Assembly: GCA_017537245.1 (NCBI GenBank)
Contig: JAFYLD010000031.1
Location: 742 to 64,741 of the forward strand
Length of the DNA stretch: 64,000 bases
Direction of reading: 5' to 3'
DNA from: Clostridia bacterium
GTDB lineage: Bacteria > Bacillota > Clostridia > Oscillospirales > Acutalibacteraceae
The position numbers and the translations under genes were made by a program. The notes below the pieces were generated by a model. The model had not been told where the DNA came from, ran no database searches, and saw nothing but the letters and a program-made list of their open reading frames with translations. Of the stretch, positions 8,997 to 18,799 are shown piece by piece; within the stretch, counting starts at the first letter, position 1, and each line of letters opens with the position of its first letter.

Positions 8997-9656
8997 ATGA
9001 TAAAAGCAGTTTTATTTGATCTTGACGGCACTTTGGCCGATTCACTTATAGACCTAGCAGACGGTGTTAACCGCGCTATCGCATCAAAAGGCTTTCCTAC
9101 CCACGAGGTAGAAGCATTTAAATACTTTGTTGGTGACGGCATACCAAAGATGATTGAACGCGCATTGCCAGAAAGCAATCGTGATGCCGCTACCATAAAC
9201 GAAATTAAAGATATTTTTCTACCCTATTATGCTATTCACTATGCTGATAACACCTACGCGTACGCTGGTATGCCAGAACTTGTAAACACCTTAAAATCAC
9301 AGGAATTTATCGTAGCAGTAGTTACAAACAAGGAACAACACATGGCAAACGAGGTTGTAAAATCCCTTTACGGCGACGTGTTTGACCTAATTTTTGGCAA
9401 ACGCGATGGTATTCCTGCAAAGCCAGACCCAACCGCAGCATTAATGGCTATGAAGGAACTAGGAGTAACCCCCGAGGAATGTGTGTTTATCGGCGACTCG
9501 GGTATGGACGTTGCAACTGCCGTTAACAGCGGTGCCGTTCCTGTTGGCGAACTTTGGGGATTTAGAAAAGAAGATGAACTTCTTGAAAACGGAGCAAAAT
9601 ACATTATTCGCCAACCACAAGAACTTTTAGACATTATAAAGGAACTTAACAAATGA
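8997..9656 (+). CDS. HAD-superfamily hydrolase (phosphoglycolate phosphatase-like)
   Basis: MIKAVLFDLDGTLADS (DxDGT motif I), VTNK motif II, GDSGMDV motif IV. ATG at 8997 with an AGGAG SD. Confidence 0.75.
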   Translation: MIKAVLFDLDGTLADSLIDLADGVNRAIASKGFPTHEVEAFKYFVGDGIPKMIERALPESNRDAATINEIKDIFLPYYAIHYADNTYAYAGMPELVNTLKSQEFIVAVVTNKEQHMANEVVKSLYGDVFDLIFGKRDGIPAKPDPTAALMAMKELGVTPEECVFIGDSGMDVATAVNSGAVPVGELWGFRKEDELLENGAKYIIRQPQELLDIIKELNK

Positions 9657-10828
9657 GCGCATCCTATCGTTCTACAAAAATTGCCTGTTTTGTTGGTTTT
9701 GTAGTACAAGCAATTATAAACAACTTTTTACCGGTTCTTTTTATTATATTTTACAGCAAACCATATAACCTTAACTATGAACAACTAGGTCGTCTTTTAT
9801 TCATAAACTTTTTTGTTCAGCTTATAGTTGACGCTTTGACACCAGTTGTTGTTAAAAAAATTGGTTACCGTGGAGCATCGGTTGCCTGTCACGCGCTAGC
9901 GGCCACGGGACTTTGTATGCTGGGTATTTTACCTTGGCTGTTCCCTAGCTACATATACACCTGCCTTGTTGCATCAATCATTGTTTACGCGGCAGGTAGC
10001 GGCATAATCGAAGTGTGTATTAGCCCTATCGTGGAAATGTTACCGGGTGATAAAAAGGGTGCGGATATGGCTTTTTCTCACTCTTTTTATTGTTGGGGAC
10101 AAATGTTTACAGTGCTTGTATCTACACTGCTAATCGCGGTAATTGGCGAAAATTATTGGCATATAATACCTATTATTTGGGCAATTATTCCGCTGGTTAA
10201 TATGTTTAATTTTATGCGTGTGCCAATAGTAGAAGTCCCCGAAGAAAGCGCTGGTAAAACAGCTAAAAAGCTATTCAAAAATCGTGACTTTTGGATTTTT
10301 ATAGTAGTAATGGTTTGCGCGGGCGCTAGCGAAATAACCATGGCAGAGTGGGCGTCTATTTTTACCCAACAAGCTTTGGGCGTTAGCAAAACTGTGGGTG
10401 ATTTATTAGGCCCATGCGCATTTGCAGTTTGTATGGGTAGCGGCAGAGTTATATTTGGACTTTTAGACGGCAAATTTAACCCAAAGCGGGCGCTTATCAT
10501 AAACAATATACTTTGTGTTGCGTGCTACGTAGGAGTTGCGATTTGTAATATTAACTGGCTTTCTCTTGTAGTTTGCGCGCTTTGCGGATTTACAGTTAGC
10601 CTTTCTTGGCCCGGTACTTACTCTATGGCAGCGCGCCATTTTACCACAGGCGGTACGCTTATGTTTAGCGTGCTAGCGCTTAGCGGTGACCTAGGTTGCT
10701 CAATGGGACCCTGGATTATGGGAATTGTCGCAAACAACACTAACCTAGAAACCGGATTTTTAGTATCAGCTATTTTCCCTGCAGTTATGGTAGCGGTACT
10801 TCCCTTCCTTAGAAAAGAAAAATGTTGA
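9653..10828 (+). CDS. MFS transporter
   Basis: 391 aa with about 12 hydrophobic segments and a central loop (EESAGKTAKKLFKNRDF). Start overlaps the upstream stop. Confidence 0.75.
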   Translation: MSASYRSTKIACFVGFVVQAIINNFLPVLFIIFYSKPYNLNYEQLGRLLFINFFVQLIVDALTPVVVKKIGYRGASVACHALAATGLCMLGILPWLFPSYIYTCLVASIIVYAAGSGIIEVCISPIVEMLPGDKKGADMAFSHSFYCWGQMFTVLVSTLLIAVIGENYWHIIPIIWAIIPLVNMFNFMRVPIVEVPEESAGKTAKKLFKNRDFWIFIVVMVCAGASEITMAEWASIFTQQALGVSKTVGDLLGPCAFAVCMGSGRVIFGLLDGKFNPKRALIINNILCVACYVGVAICNINWLSLVVCALCGFTVSLSWPGTYSMAARHFTTGGTLMFSVLALSGDLGCSMGPWIMGIVANNTNLETGFLVSAIFPAVMVAVLPFLRKEKC

Positions 10829-10887
10829 AAAAACGCGTAATATAGTTTACAATATAAAAAAACACTATTACCTTTGAGGTGAAAAAG

Positions 10888-11364
10888 ATGAAAAGAGATG
10901 ACCACTTAAGCTGGGACGAATATTTTATGGGCATTGCGTCGCTTTCTGCACTTCGCAGTAAAGACCCTTCTACTCAAGTTGGCGCTTGCATCGTAAACGA
11001 GGAAAAACGCATACTCTCTATGGGTTATAATGGTATGCCACACCACTGTCACGATGACGAATATCCTTGGGATCGCGGTGAGGGACTTGACTCAAAGTAC
11101 CTTTACGTTTGCCATGCCGAGCTTAACGCAATACTTAACTGCAATACCTCATCGGTTCGCGGTTGCACAGTTTACGTTACACTATTTCCATGCAACGAGT
11201 GTACCAAAGCGATTATTCAATCAGGCATTAAAGAAGTTGTATATATGTGCGACAAATATGCCGACACCGACAGTGTAAAAGCGTCTAAGCGTATGCTTAA
11301 CAGCGCCGGCGTTATTTATCGTCAATATACCCCAACCAACAAAGAAATCAATATCAAACTATAA
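10888..11364 (+). CDS. comEB: deoxycytidylate (dCMP) deaminase
   Basis: CDA zinc motifs HAELNAI and PCNECTKAI. ATG at 10888 with a GAGGTG SD; the track start at 10879 is a GTG. Confidence 0.85.
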   Translation: MKRDDHLSWDEYFMGIASLSALRSKDPSTQVGACIVNEEKRILSMGYNGMPHHCHDDEYPWDRGEGLDSKYLYVCHAELNAILNCNTSSVRGCTVYVTLFPCNECTKAIIQSGIKEVVYMCDKYADTDSVKASKRMLNSAGVIYRQYTPTNKEINIKL

Positions 11365-11370
11365 AAAGAA

Positions 11371-11410
11371 ATCACCAGCCTAATAAGGTTGGTGATTTTG
11401 CGCTTTTTTG
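11371..11410 (+). terminator. intrinsic terminator after dCMP deaminase
   Basis: Stem ATCACCAGCC/GGTTGGTGAT (one G-U) followed by a T-rich tail. Confidence 0.7.
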
Positions 11411-11481
11411 CCAATAATTATATTGTCTTTTTAAAATTTTCATTATATAATGAACTTACTAAAACTAGCGAGGTAACGCGT

Positions 11482-12426
11482 ATGATAGGCTTTGATATAG
11501 GCGGTACTAAATGTGCCGTAACTATAGGTGAAGAAATCGATGGTATATTACATATAAAAAATAAAATGGTAACTGCCACCGACCACAGTATTTCGGCATA
11601 CGAAATGATTGATAAAATGTGCGACATGGCGGCAGAAATGACCGATGATTTTAGCCACATTGGTATTAGCTGCGGCGGTCCGCTTGATAACAAACGTGGC
11701 GTTATAATTTCACCGCCAAATCTACCTACCTTTAGAGATATCGAAATTGTAGATTACCTAAAGAAAAGATATGGCGGATTCGTTCGTCTCGAAAACGACG
11801 CCGATGCTTGCGCTTTTGCCGAGTGGAAATATGGCGCAGGAAAAGGTTGCCAAAATATGGTCTTTTTAACCTTTGGTACAGGGCTAGGAGCAGGTCTAGT
11901 ACTTGGCGGCAAGTTATATACCGGCGCTAACGGAAATGCCGGTGAGGTAGGTCACGTTAGACTACGCGATACAGGTCCTATCGGTTTTGGAAAAAAAGGT
12001 TCTTTTGAAGGGTTTGCAAGTGGCGGCGGTATTGCCCAAATGGGAAAAACGGCGGCGCGTGAACAACTGTCAAAAGGCATTGTCCCCTCTTACTGTAAAA
12101 GCATTGATGAATTAGATAACGTTACGGCGCGTACCATTGCCGAAGCAGCATATAGTGGCGACCAAACCGCTATTGACGTTTACCGCAAATGTGGCGAGAT
12201 GCTGGGTTTTGGACTATCTATAATCATTGACGTATTAAATCCCGAACGAATAGTTATTGGTAGTATTTACACTAGAAGTAGTGATTTACTTAAAGAAACA
12301 ATGCTAGAGGTTTTAAAACGCGAGGCTTTGGCCCCTTCACTTGCGGCGGTAGAAATTTTGCCGGCTACACTCGGTGAAAATCTTGGCGACTATGCTGCTT
12401 TATCACTCGCCGCTGATAACCACTAA
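11482..12426 (+). CDS. ROK-family sugar kinase
   Basis: MIGFDIGGTKCAV ATP-binding N-terminus, ENDADACA and GxGLGAG motifs. No N-terminal HTH, so kinase type. The ATG at 11482 is preferred. Confidence 0.8.
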   Translation: MIGFDIGGTKCAVTIGEEIDGILHIKNKMVTATDHSISAYEMIDKMCDMAAEMTDDFSHIGISCGGPLDNKRGVIISPPNLPTFRDIEIVDYLKKRYGGFVRLENDADACAFAEWKYGAGKGCQNMVFLTFGTGLGAGLVLGGKLYTGANGNAGEVGHVRLRDTGPIGFGKKGSFEGFASGGGIAQMGKTAAREQLSKGIVPSYCKSIDELDNVTARTIAEAAYSGDQTAIDVYRKCGEMLGFGLSIIIDVLNPERIVIGSIYTRSSDLLKETMLEVLKREALAPSLAAVEILPATLGENLGDYAALSLAADNH

Positions 12427-12440
12427 AAAGGAGAAAAGTT

Positions 12441-14894
12441 ATGAAACAGTTAATAGATTTAAGCGGTAAATGGGATTTATATTTGGCACCGCATAATCAA
12501 GTAAAAGAAACCGAATATGAATTTAACATTCTTAATATCAAGAAACTACCAAAGAATATAGATTTTACAAAAATTGATGCCGAAGTGCCAGGTAACTTTG
12601 AATTAGATATGCAACGCGCAGGATTACTCCATGATATTTTTATGGGTACTAATACTCTCCTTTGCCAAGAGTATGAGAACAGGCACCTTTGGTATGTAAA
12701 AGAGTTTAACCTTGACGAAATACCAACAGGCGACGTGTTTTTGCGATTTGAGGGTATTGATACCTTTGCAAAAATTTATCTTAACGGTGTATGCATAGGT
12801 AGTTGTGATAATATGCTTATTGAGCATGAATATCCCGTTCAAGAAGATTGGATGAATTACTTAAATTTAGGAAAAAACCAAATTATTGTTCATATTTACC
12901 CTACTGCTATAAAAGCACGCGAATTTGAAGGCACACCGCTTGCTGTTGGTCTTCCTTATAACGAGGATTCATTACACGTAAGAAAAGCGCCTTATATGTT
13001 TGGTTGGGACATTATGCCACGTACCGTATCAGGCGGTCTTTGGCGCGGTGTTTCACTTATCGAAAAACCCAAGCATCGAATCGACAGCTTTTATCTCGGC
13101 ACTTCTACTATGAACCTTCAGTGGAATGCCGCTACCCTTTCGGGTCAAATCCGTATTCATACCGACGATGACCTACTCTCTGATTATGAGGCGGTAATTA
13201 GTGGTACTTGCGGTGATTCTCATTTTGAGCACAGCGTTCGTTTTTGGGGCGTTAGCCGCAACTTTAGCGTAGGCTTTAAGGGCGCTAAATTCTGGTGGCC
13301 AAAGGGCGAAGGCGAGCAAAATCTTTACGACGTAGAGGTTAAACTTTATCGCAAGGGTGAACTTTGCGATACGCACAAGACTCGCATCGGTATTCGCCAA
13401 ATCGAGCTTATTCGCACTTCTACTCTAGATGAAAATGGTAAAGGCAAATTTGAATTTAAAATAAATGCTAAAAAGGTATTTATTTTGGGTACGAACTGGG
13501 TACCACTTGACGCATTCCCATCTCAAAACGAAAAGCGTGTTATCAAAGCACTCGAGATGGTCGAAGACGTTGGTTGTAATATGATTCGTCTTTGGGGTGG
13601 CGACCTTTACGAAAGTGACAGTTTCTACAACTGGTGTGACGAGCATGGTATTATGATTTGGCACGACTTTATTATGGGTTGCGCTTATTACCCACAGTAT
13701 GAAGAATTCTGCGAAAAACTTCGAGTAGAGGCAACCGTTGCCGTTAAGAGACTTCGCGACCATGCGTCTATTGTGCTTTGGGCGGGCGATAACGAGTGTG
13801 ACGTTTTCTATACATACGCACTTAAAAACGGCAAGAGACTTGACCCAAACACAAACGTACTAACCCGTAAGGTATTGCCTGAAGTTTTACGTATCTATGA
13901 CGAGTTTAGACCATATCTACCAAGTTCACCATACGTTGATGAATATGCATTCTCGGTAATCGACCAACGTCGTCCGTCAGAAGACCATCTTTGGGGACCA
14001 CGCAACTATTATAAGAGTGATTACTATACCAAGGCTACCGCGCTATTTGCCTCTGAAACAGGATTTCACGGTTGCCCATCGGTAGAGTCTTTAAAGAAAT
14101 TTATCACTCCTGAAAAATTGTGGCCGATTATATTGCCAAACGGACGTCCTAACGAGGATTATATCGTTCATGCGGCAAGTATGGAAACCAAGCATATCGG
14201 TAAGTACGAATACCGCATAGCGCTAATGTTAAAGCAGGTTGCAGTTCTCTTTGGCGGTGTTGCCGACAACAATCGTGGTACCGCTACTGCCGAAGAATCG
14301 GTAGAATACTTCGAACTTATGAAGAAAATGTTTGGCGACGGTGTTGATGCGCTCGAGGGCCACGCAAAAGCAAGCCAAATCTTCCAAGCAGAATCGTTTA
14401 AGTTTATGATTGAGCGTTTCCGTATTCGCAAAGAAACCCACGGCGGTCTAATTTGGTGGAACATTCTAGATGGTTGGCCACAAGTATCTGACGCAGTAGT
14501 TGACTACTACTTCACAAAGAAACTTGCCTACGACTATATCAAAAATTCTCAACAACCGCTTTGCCTTATGTTTGACGAGCCAAACGAAGAAAACAAAATA
14601 AGACTTGTTGCCGCAAACGATATCCCAGAGGATAAAACCTTTAGTTACAAGGTAACACGTGTTAACGATAACGCCGTTGTTGCAAGTGGTGACGCTACTG
14701 TAAGTGCTAGCGGTATTTTAGAGCTTGACGTTGTTAGTCTTGACTTTAGTGCAGAACCAATGCTACTTATCGAGTGGGAATGCGACGGCAAGGTTGGCCG
14801 TAACCACTTTATTAGTGACGTGCGCAAGCTTGACTATAACACTTATATCGATTTCTTAAACAAAACCGAAATCGGTCATTTTGAGGGATTTTAA
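12441..14894 (+). CDS. GH2 family glycoside hydrolase, beta-mannosidase-like
   Basis: 817 aa. FWWPKGEGEQNLYDV and NMIRLWGG...ESD.FY..CDE.GI..W.DF resemble GH2 beta-mannosidases. No signal peptide. Confidence 0.75.
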   Translation: MKQLIDLSGKWDLYLAPHNQVKETEYEFNILNIKKLPKNIDFTKIDAEVPGNFELDMQRAGLLHDIFMGTNTLLCQEYENRHLWYVKEFNLDEIPTGDVFLRFEGIDTFAKIYLNGVCIGSCDNMLIEHEYPVQEDWMNYLNLGKNQIIVHIYPTAIKAREFEGTPLAVGLPYNEDSLHVRKAPYMFGWDIMPRTVSGGLWRGVSLIEKPKHRIDSFYLGTSTMNLQWNAATLSGQIRIHTDDDLLSDYEAVISGTCGDSHFEHSVRFWGVSRNFSVGFKGAKFWWPKGEGEQNLYDVEVKLYRKGELCDTHKTRIGIRQIELIRTSTLDENGKGKFEFKINAKKVFILGTNWVPLDAFPSQNEKRVIKALEMVEDVGCNMIRLWGGDLYESDSFYNWCDEHGIMIWHDFIMGCAYYPQYEEFCEKLRVEATVAVKRLRDHASIVLWAGDNECDVFYTYALKNGKRLDPNTNVLTRKVLPEVLRIYDEFRPYLPSSPYVDEYAFSVIDQRRPSEDHLWGPRNYYKSDYYTKATALFASETGFHGCPSVESLKKFITPEKLWPIILPNGRPNEDYIVHAASMETKHIGKYEYRIALMLKQVAVLFGGVADNNRGTATAEESVEYFELMKKMFGDGVDALEGHAKASQIFQAESFKFMIERFRIRKETHGGLIWWNILDGWPQVSDAVVDYYFTKKLAYDYIKNSQQPLCLMFDEPNEENKIRLVAANDIPEDKTFSYKVTRVNDNAVVASGDATVSASGILELDVVSLDFSAEPMLLIEWECDGKVGRNHFISDVRKLDYNTYIDFLNKTEIGHFEGF

Positions 14895-14895
14895 T

Positions 14896-15510
14896 ATGGA
14901 AACTTTAAAACAGTTAATCGAGCGTTACCCTGCCCTCGCTTCTTGCAAAAAAGAAATTGAGCAGGCTACCGATTTAATTATTAAAACGTTTGAAAACGGT
15001 AACCGACTTTATATTTGCGGTAACGGTGGAAGTGCTGCTGATGCCGACCACATTGTTGGAGAACTTATGAAAGGTTTTTTAAAGAAAAGACCCCTAACCG
15101 AAACACAAGTGGCCGCCTTCGACGATAAAGATCTCGCCAAAGGGCTAATGCAAGGCTTACCCGCGATTTCACTTCATTCGCAAAGCGCGTTTTTAACCGC
15201 ATTTTTAAATGACGAAGATCCTTCCCTTTTATATGCGCAGGCTATGTACGCGCTAGGTAAAAAGGGCGATACCTTACTTGCAATTAGCACTTCGGGTAAT
15301 TCACAAAACGTATCAAACGCAGTAAACGCGGCTCGCGCATTGGGTTGCAACGTAATATCTCTTGTTGGTAATAAGGCTTGCAAACTTGATGATATTTCTA
15401 ATATCATCATACACGCCGACCATGCTGAAACCTACCGCATACAAGAATTACATTTGCCGATTTATCACTATATTTGCGCTACTGTCGAGCATCACTTTTT
15501 CAAAGTATAA
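14896..15510 (+). CDS. SIS-domain protein (GmhA/phosphoheptose isomerase-like)
   Basis: LYICGNGGSAADADHIVGELMKGF and ISTSGNS motifs. ATG at 14896 lies 2 nt after the GH2 stop, with a GAGGG SD. Confidence 0.75.
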   Translation: METLKQLIERYPALASCKKEIEQATDLIIKTFENGNRLYICGNGGSAADADHIVGELMKGFLKKRPLTETQVAAFDDKDLAKGLMQGLPAISLHSQSAFLTAFLNDEDPSLLYAQAMYALGKKGDTLLAISTSGNSQNVSNAVNAARALGCNVISLVGNKACKLDDISNIIIHADHAETYRIQELHLPIYHYICATVEHHFFKV

Positions 15511-15517
15511 ACTAAAA

Positions 15518-15545
15518 GCACACTTCGGTTTGAAGTGTGCTTTTT
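15518..15545. terminator. bidirectional terminator between the SIS gene and the convergent DUF4886-like gene
   Basis: Stem GCACACTTC/GAAGTGTGC flanked by an A-run (5') and a T-run (3'). Confidence 0.8.
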
Positions 15546-15550
15546 ATCAT

Positions 15551-16294
15551 TTATTTTGCATTTAAAACAGTATCAACTGCAGATTTTACAACGTCGATAA
15601 GCGCCGCATCCTCGCACAACTCAGGCGCATAGGTAACGTCAGCGGTCTTGCCGCCAAACAACTTGCAATACCACGTGAGAGCCGCAGCGTATCTGCCGTA
15701 GCCCAGCGTCAAATGAAAACCGTCGCGGTTAAGTGAAAGACCGCCGTTTTTGTAGTCAAATTCTTTTGTGTTGTCACGCAAATACTGTATTACGTCACCC
15801 GATGGAATAATATCGGCACCAATGCTTTCTGCCGCAAGATCATACGCTTCACAAAGTTTTTCATACATACATTTTTGATCTCTGTTATAAAAATCAAAGA
15901 GTTCGCTATCATAATCTATTTCATAAGCCCAGGTTTTGTGAATATAGAACTTAGCGTTTGGACAAGCCTCTTTAACAATCTTGTAAAGGTCACACAAAAA
16001 CGGTTGATATTTGTCAGCTCTACCACTTTCGTAGCTTGCTTGTTGGAACGTTATAACATCCCACTCTTCCATAGCGAGCGCTTCGCGCAAAGAAATCTTG
16101 CGAGCCGGCTCACCTTTTATTTCATAGTCGTAATCTGCTCTATCTTCTTCATAAAATTTCCAATGAGCATATAAAGAGCAACCGCCGTAATAAAGATTTA
16201 CGTTATATATATCTTTGCCCGCGCTTTTGCAAACGTCATAAAGCCACTTTTGAGCATCTTGTGAAAAACTGTTACCAATACTTAAAATTTTCAT
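15551..16294 (-). CDS. DUF4886 / SGNH-hydrolase-like protein
   Basis: 247 aa. N-terminal MKILSIGNSFSQD (GNSxS-type block I). No signal peptide. Family assignment is from memory. Confidence 0.55.
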   Translation of the reverse strand: MKILSIGNSFSQDAQKWLYDVCKSAGKDIYNVNLYYGGCSLYAHWKFYEEDRADYDYEIKGEPARKISLREALAMEEWDVITFQQASYESGRADKYQPFLCDLYKIVKEACPNAKFYIHKTWAYEIDYDSELFDFYNRDQKCMYEKLCEAYDLAAESIGADIIPSGDVIQYLRDNTKEFDYKNGGLSLNRDGFHLTLGYGRYAAALTWYCKLFGGKTADVTYAPELCEDAALIDVVKSAVDTVLNAK

Positions 16295-16328
16295 AATAAA
16301 ACCTCTTTTTGATAGATGTTATGCTAAT

Positions 16329-16357
16329 ATTTTATCTTGATAATGCCTAAAAGTCAA
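16329..16357 (-). promoter_or_regulatory. candidate promoter of the DUF4886-like gene
   Basis: On the minus strand: TTGACT (16357-16352), 17 nt, TAAAAT (16334-16329). Confidence 0.5.
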
Positions 16358-16445
16358 TATATAGTTAGCATATAATAACTGTGCTGTTATTAAGGTTACG
16401 TTTATGTACGTCGGTAGCCAGCTACCACAATATCACTAAAATTTT

Positions 16446-16478
16446 AAGTCACAAGTCGCCAAAACTTGTGACTTTTTA
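16446..16478 (+). terminator. orphan terminator-like hairpin upstream of the GH16 array
   Basis: 11-bp stem AAGTCACAAGT/ACTTGTGACTT, 7-nt loop and a T-run. No plus-strand gene lies upstream of it. Confidence 0.45.
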
Positions 16479-16488
16479 CTTTTATTCC

Positions 16489-16521
16489 TTGATTATTTAG
16501 AATATATATGATATATTCTAA
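16489..16521 (+). promoter_or_regulatory. candidate promoter of the GH16 array, overlapped by a perfect 11+3+11 palindrome
   Basis: TTGATT (16489-16494), 17 nt, TATATT (16512-16517). The palindrome TTAGAATATAT-ATG-ATATATTCTAA spans 16497-16521. Confidence 0.5.
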
Positions 16522-16563
16522 TTGGAACGCATTTCCAAATTATTTTAGGGAGGTTATATATTT

Positions 16564-17643
16564 ATGACCGATTTCGAACTAAACGTCATTGAAGAAGGTT
16601 TTTACAAAGGCGAGCCTTGTGACGACTTTAAAATTCATCTAGAAAAATATCACCCTGGCGTACCGGGTTATTCCGTTGCGTACAAGTATTACATTGTGTT
16701 TAAGGGTGAACGCATTAGTCCACGCGGCTGCAACATTAGAGCCGACTACCCAGACGTATTCTTTAAAGCGGACGAGATTATTATTCCCGACGCTACTCGT
16801 CAAATGGGCGGCTGGATGACGATTGACCTCCACTGTGCAGAGGACCCCGACTATACTGCAAAATTAAAGATTAAACTTCGTAAATACGAAATGACTCTTG
16901 AAGATAATTTCGAAACCTATAACACCGACCTTTGGACTCCTCGTCACGATGGCGCAAAGGTTGCTATGGCTTATACAAAGGTTAAGGACAACTACGTTCG
17001 TGATGGTAAGCTTTGTCTTGATTTTGAAAAACACGACGAGCCTGTTATTCGCGACGGCAAAGAGTGCTACTACTCTGACGCAGGTTTGCATACACGCGGC
17101 AAGTTCTCACAAAAATATGGTTGCTTTGCGTCAAGCATTCAAGTACCACCATGTCCTACCGGTATTTTCACAGCTTTCTGGCTACTACCTGAAGGCAGAT
17201 ATCAAGAAGATTACTTCTTTAAACGTACCGACACAGGCGACGATTTCCATGGTTGTAGCGAAATCGATATTATGGAAATATTCTGTCACCCTGCTACCCG
17301 CGGTAGCGCGCACACCGAACATTATTGGGAGCCTAACTGGGACAGAGCAGTAAGCGGAATTACCAAGAGCTCTCTTGGCTATGATTACACAATTCCGGGT
17401 TACAAAGATGGTCAATACATTGAATACGCTTGTGTTTGGAACGAATACGCGCTTTACTACTACGTAAATGGTGTTCTTGCAAAGGTAAACGACAAGATTG
17501 CTCCTGTTGACGAGGTATTTCCGGCATACATCCTTTATACCTGCTATATCGGACCAGAAGGCAGCGGCGCTTTCTGGGGCGAAGTTCCTGATAAGGATCT
17601 TCCACAAGCAATGAAGGTTGACTGGCTTAGAGTTTATAAATAA
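16564..17643 (+). CDS. GH16-like glycoside hydrolase with an unknown ~110-aa N-terminal domain, paralog 1
   Basis: 359 aa. FWLLPEG...GCSEIDIMEIF (ExDxxE), VWNEYALYYYVNG, C-terminal VDWLRVYK. GGAGG SD. No signal peptide. Confidence 0.7.
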   Translation: MTDFELNVIEEGFYKGEPCDDFKIHLEKYHPGVPGYSVAYKYYIVFKGERISPRGCNIRADYPDVFFKADEIIIPDATRQMGGWMTIDLHCAEDPDYTAKLKIKLRKYEMTLEDNFETYNTDLWTPRHDGAKVAMAYTKVKDNYVRDGKLCLDFEKHDEPVIRDGKECYYSDAGLHTRGKFSQKYGCFASSIQVPPCPTGIFTAFWLLPEGRYQEDYFFKRTDTGDDFHGCSEIDIMEIFCHPATRGSAHTEHYWEPNWDRAVSGITKSSLGYDYTIPGYKDGQYIEYACVWNEYALYYYVNGVLAKVNDKIAPVDEVFPAYILYTCYIGPEGSGAFWGEVPDKDLPQAMKVDWLRVYK

Positions 17644-17651
17644 AATCATTA

Positions 17652-17680
17652 AAGGTTGTGGTGTAACACATCACAACCTT
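17652..17680 (+). other. stable hairpin in the spacer between GH16 paralogs 1 and 2
   Basis: 13-bp stem AAGGTTGTGGTGT/ACATCACAACCTT (one G-U) with a 3-nt loop. The weak T tail makes it at best a partial terminator or processing site. Confidence 0.4.
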
Positions 17681-17702
17681 ATTTAAAAAGGAGATTTCCG
17701 TT

Positions 17703-18782
17703 ATGACCGATTTTGAACTTAACGTAATTGAAGAAGGCTTTTATAAAGGCGAGCCTTGTGACGACTTTAAAATCCATATTGAAAATTATCACCCAGGCGT
17801 ACCGGGTTATTCTGTTGCATACAAATATTACATAGTATTTAAGGGCGAACGTATAACTGCGCGCGGTTGTAATATTCGCGCTGATTATCCAGGTGTTTAC
17901 TTTAAAGCCGACGAATTTATCATCCCTGACAAAACTCGTCAAATGGGCGGTTGGATGACAATTGACCTACACTGCGCAGAGGACCCCGACTATACCGCAA
18001 AGTTAAAGATCAAGCTTCGTAAATACGAAATGACTCTTGAAGATAACTTTGAAACATTTAATACCGATCTTTGGAATGCCCTTTCCGGCGCTACAAAAAA
18101 GCCTATGGCATTTAGACTAGCTAAAGACAACTACGTTCGCGATGGTAAATTGTGCCTTGATTTTGAAAAGCACGAAACACCTACCATTCGTAACGGTGTA
18201 GAATGTTATTATTCCGACGCGGGTGTTAGCACAAAAGGTAAATTCTCTCAAGCGTACGGATGTTTTAGCACACGTATGAGCGTGCCCGAAACACCTACCG
18301 GTATTTTCTCGGCATTTTGGCTAATGCCAGAGGGTAGATATCGCGAGGATTATTTCTTTAAGCGCACCGATATGGGCGAAGAATTCCATGGTTGTAGCGA
18401 AATCGATATTATGGAAATATTCCACCACCCCTCAACACGCGGTAGCGCGCACACCGAACATTATTGGGAACCTGGTTGGGATCCAAACACACAACCGATT
18501 ACCAAGAGCTCTATCGGTATGGATTATACAATACCGGGTTATAAAGATGGCGAATTCCAAGAATATGCTTGCGTTTGGAACGAATATGCTATTTACTACT
18601 ACGTAAACGGCACTCTTGTAAGGGTAAATGACAAGATTGCTCCTGTTGAAGACGTGTTCCCTGCATATATTCTTTATACATGCTATATCGGACCTAAGGG
18701 CAGCGGCGCTTTTTGGGGCGAAGTTGACGACGAGGATCTACCACAATCTATGAAGGTCGATTGGCTTAGAGTTTATAAATAA
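17703..18782 (+). CDS. GH16-like glycoside hydrolase, paralog 2
   Basis: 359 aa. Same motifs as paralog 1 (FWLMPEG, GCSEIDIMEIF, VDWLRVYK). AGGAG SD. Confidence 0.7.
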   Translation: MTDFELNVIEEGFYKGEPCDDFKIHIENYHPGVPGYSVAYKYYIVFKGERITARGCNIRADYPGVYFKADEFIIPDKTRQMGGWMTIDLHCAEDPDYTAKLKIKLRKYEMTLEDNFETFNTDLWNALSGATKKPMAFRLAKDNYVRDGKLCLDFEKHETPTIRNGVECYYSDAGVSTKGKFSQAYGCFSTRMSVPETPTGIFSAFWLMPEGRYREDYFFKRTDMGEEFHGCSEIDIMEIFHHPSTRGSAHTEHYWEPGWDPNTQPITKSSIGMDYTIPGYKDGEFQEYACVWNEYAIYYYVNGTLVRVNDKIAPVEDVFPAYILYTCYIGPKGSGAFWGEVDDEDLPQSMKVDWLRVYK

Positions 18783-18799
18783 TTTTTAGGAGATATATA

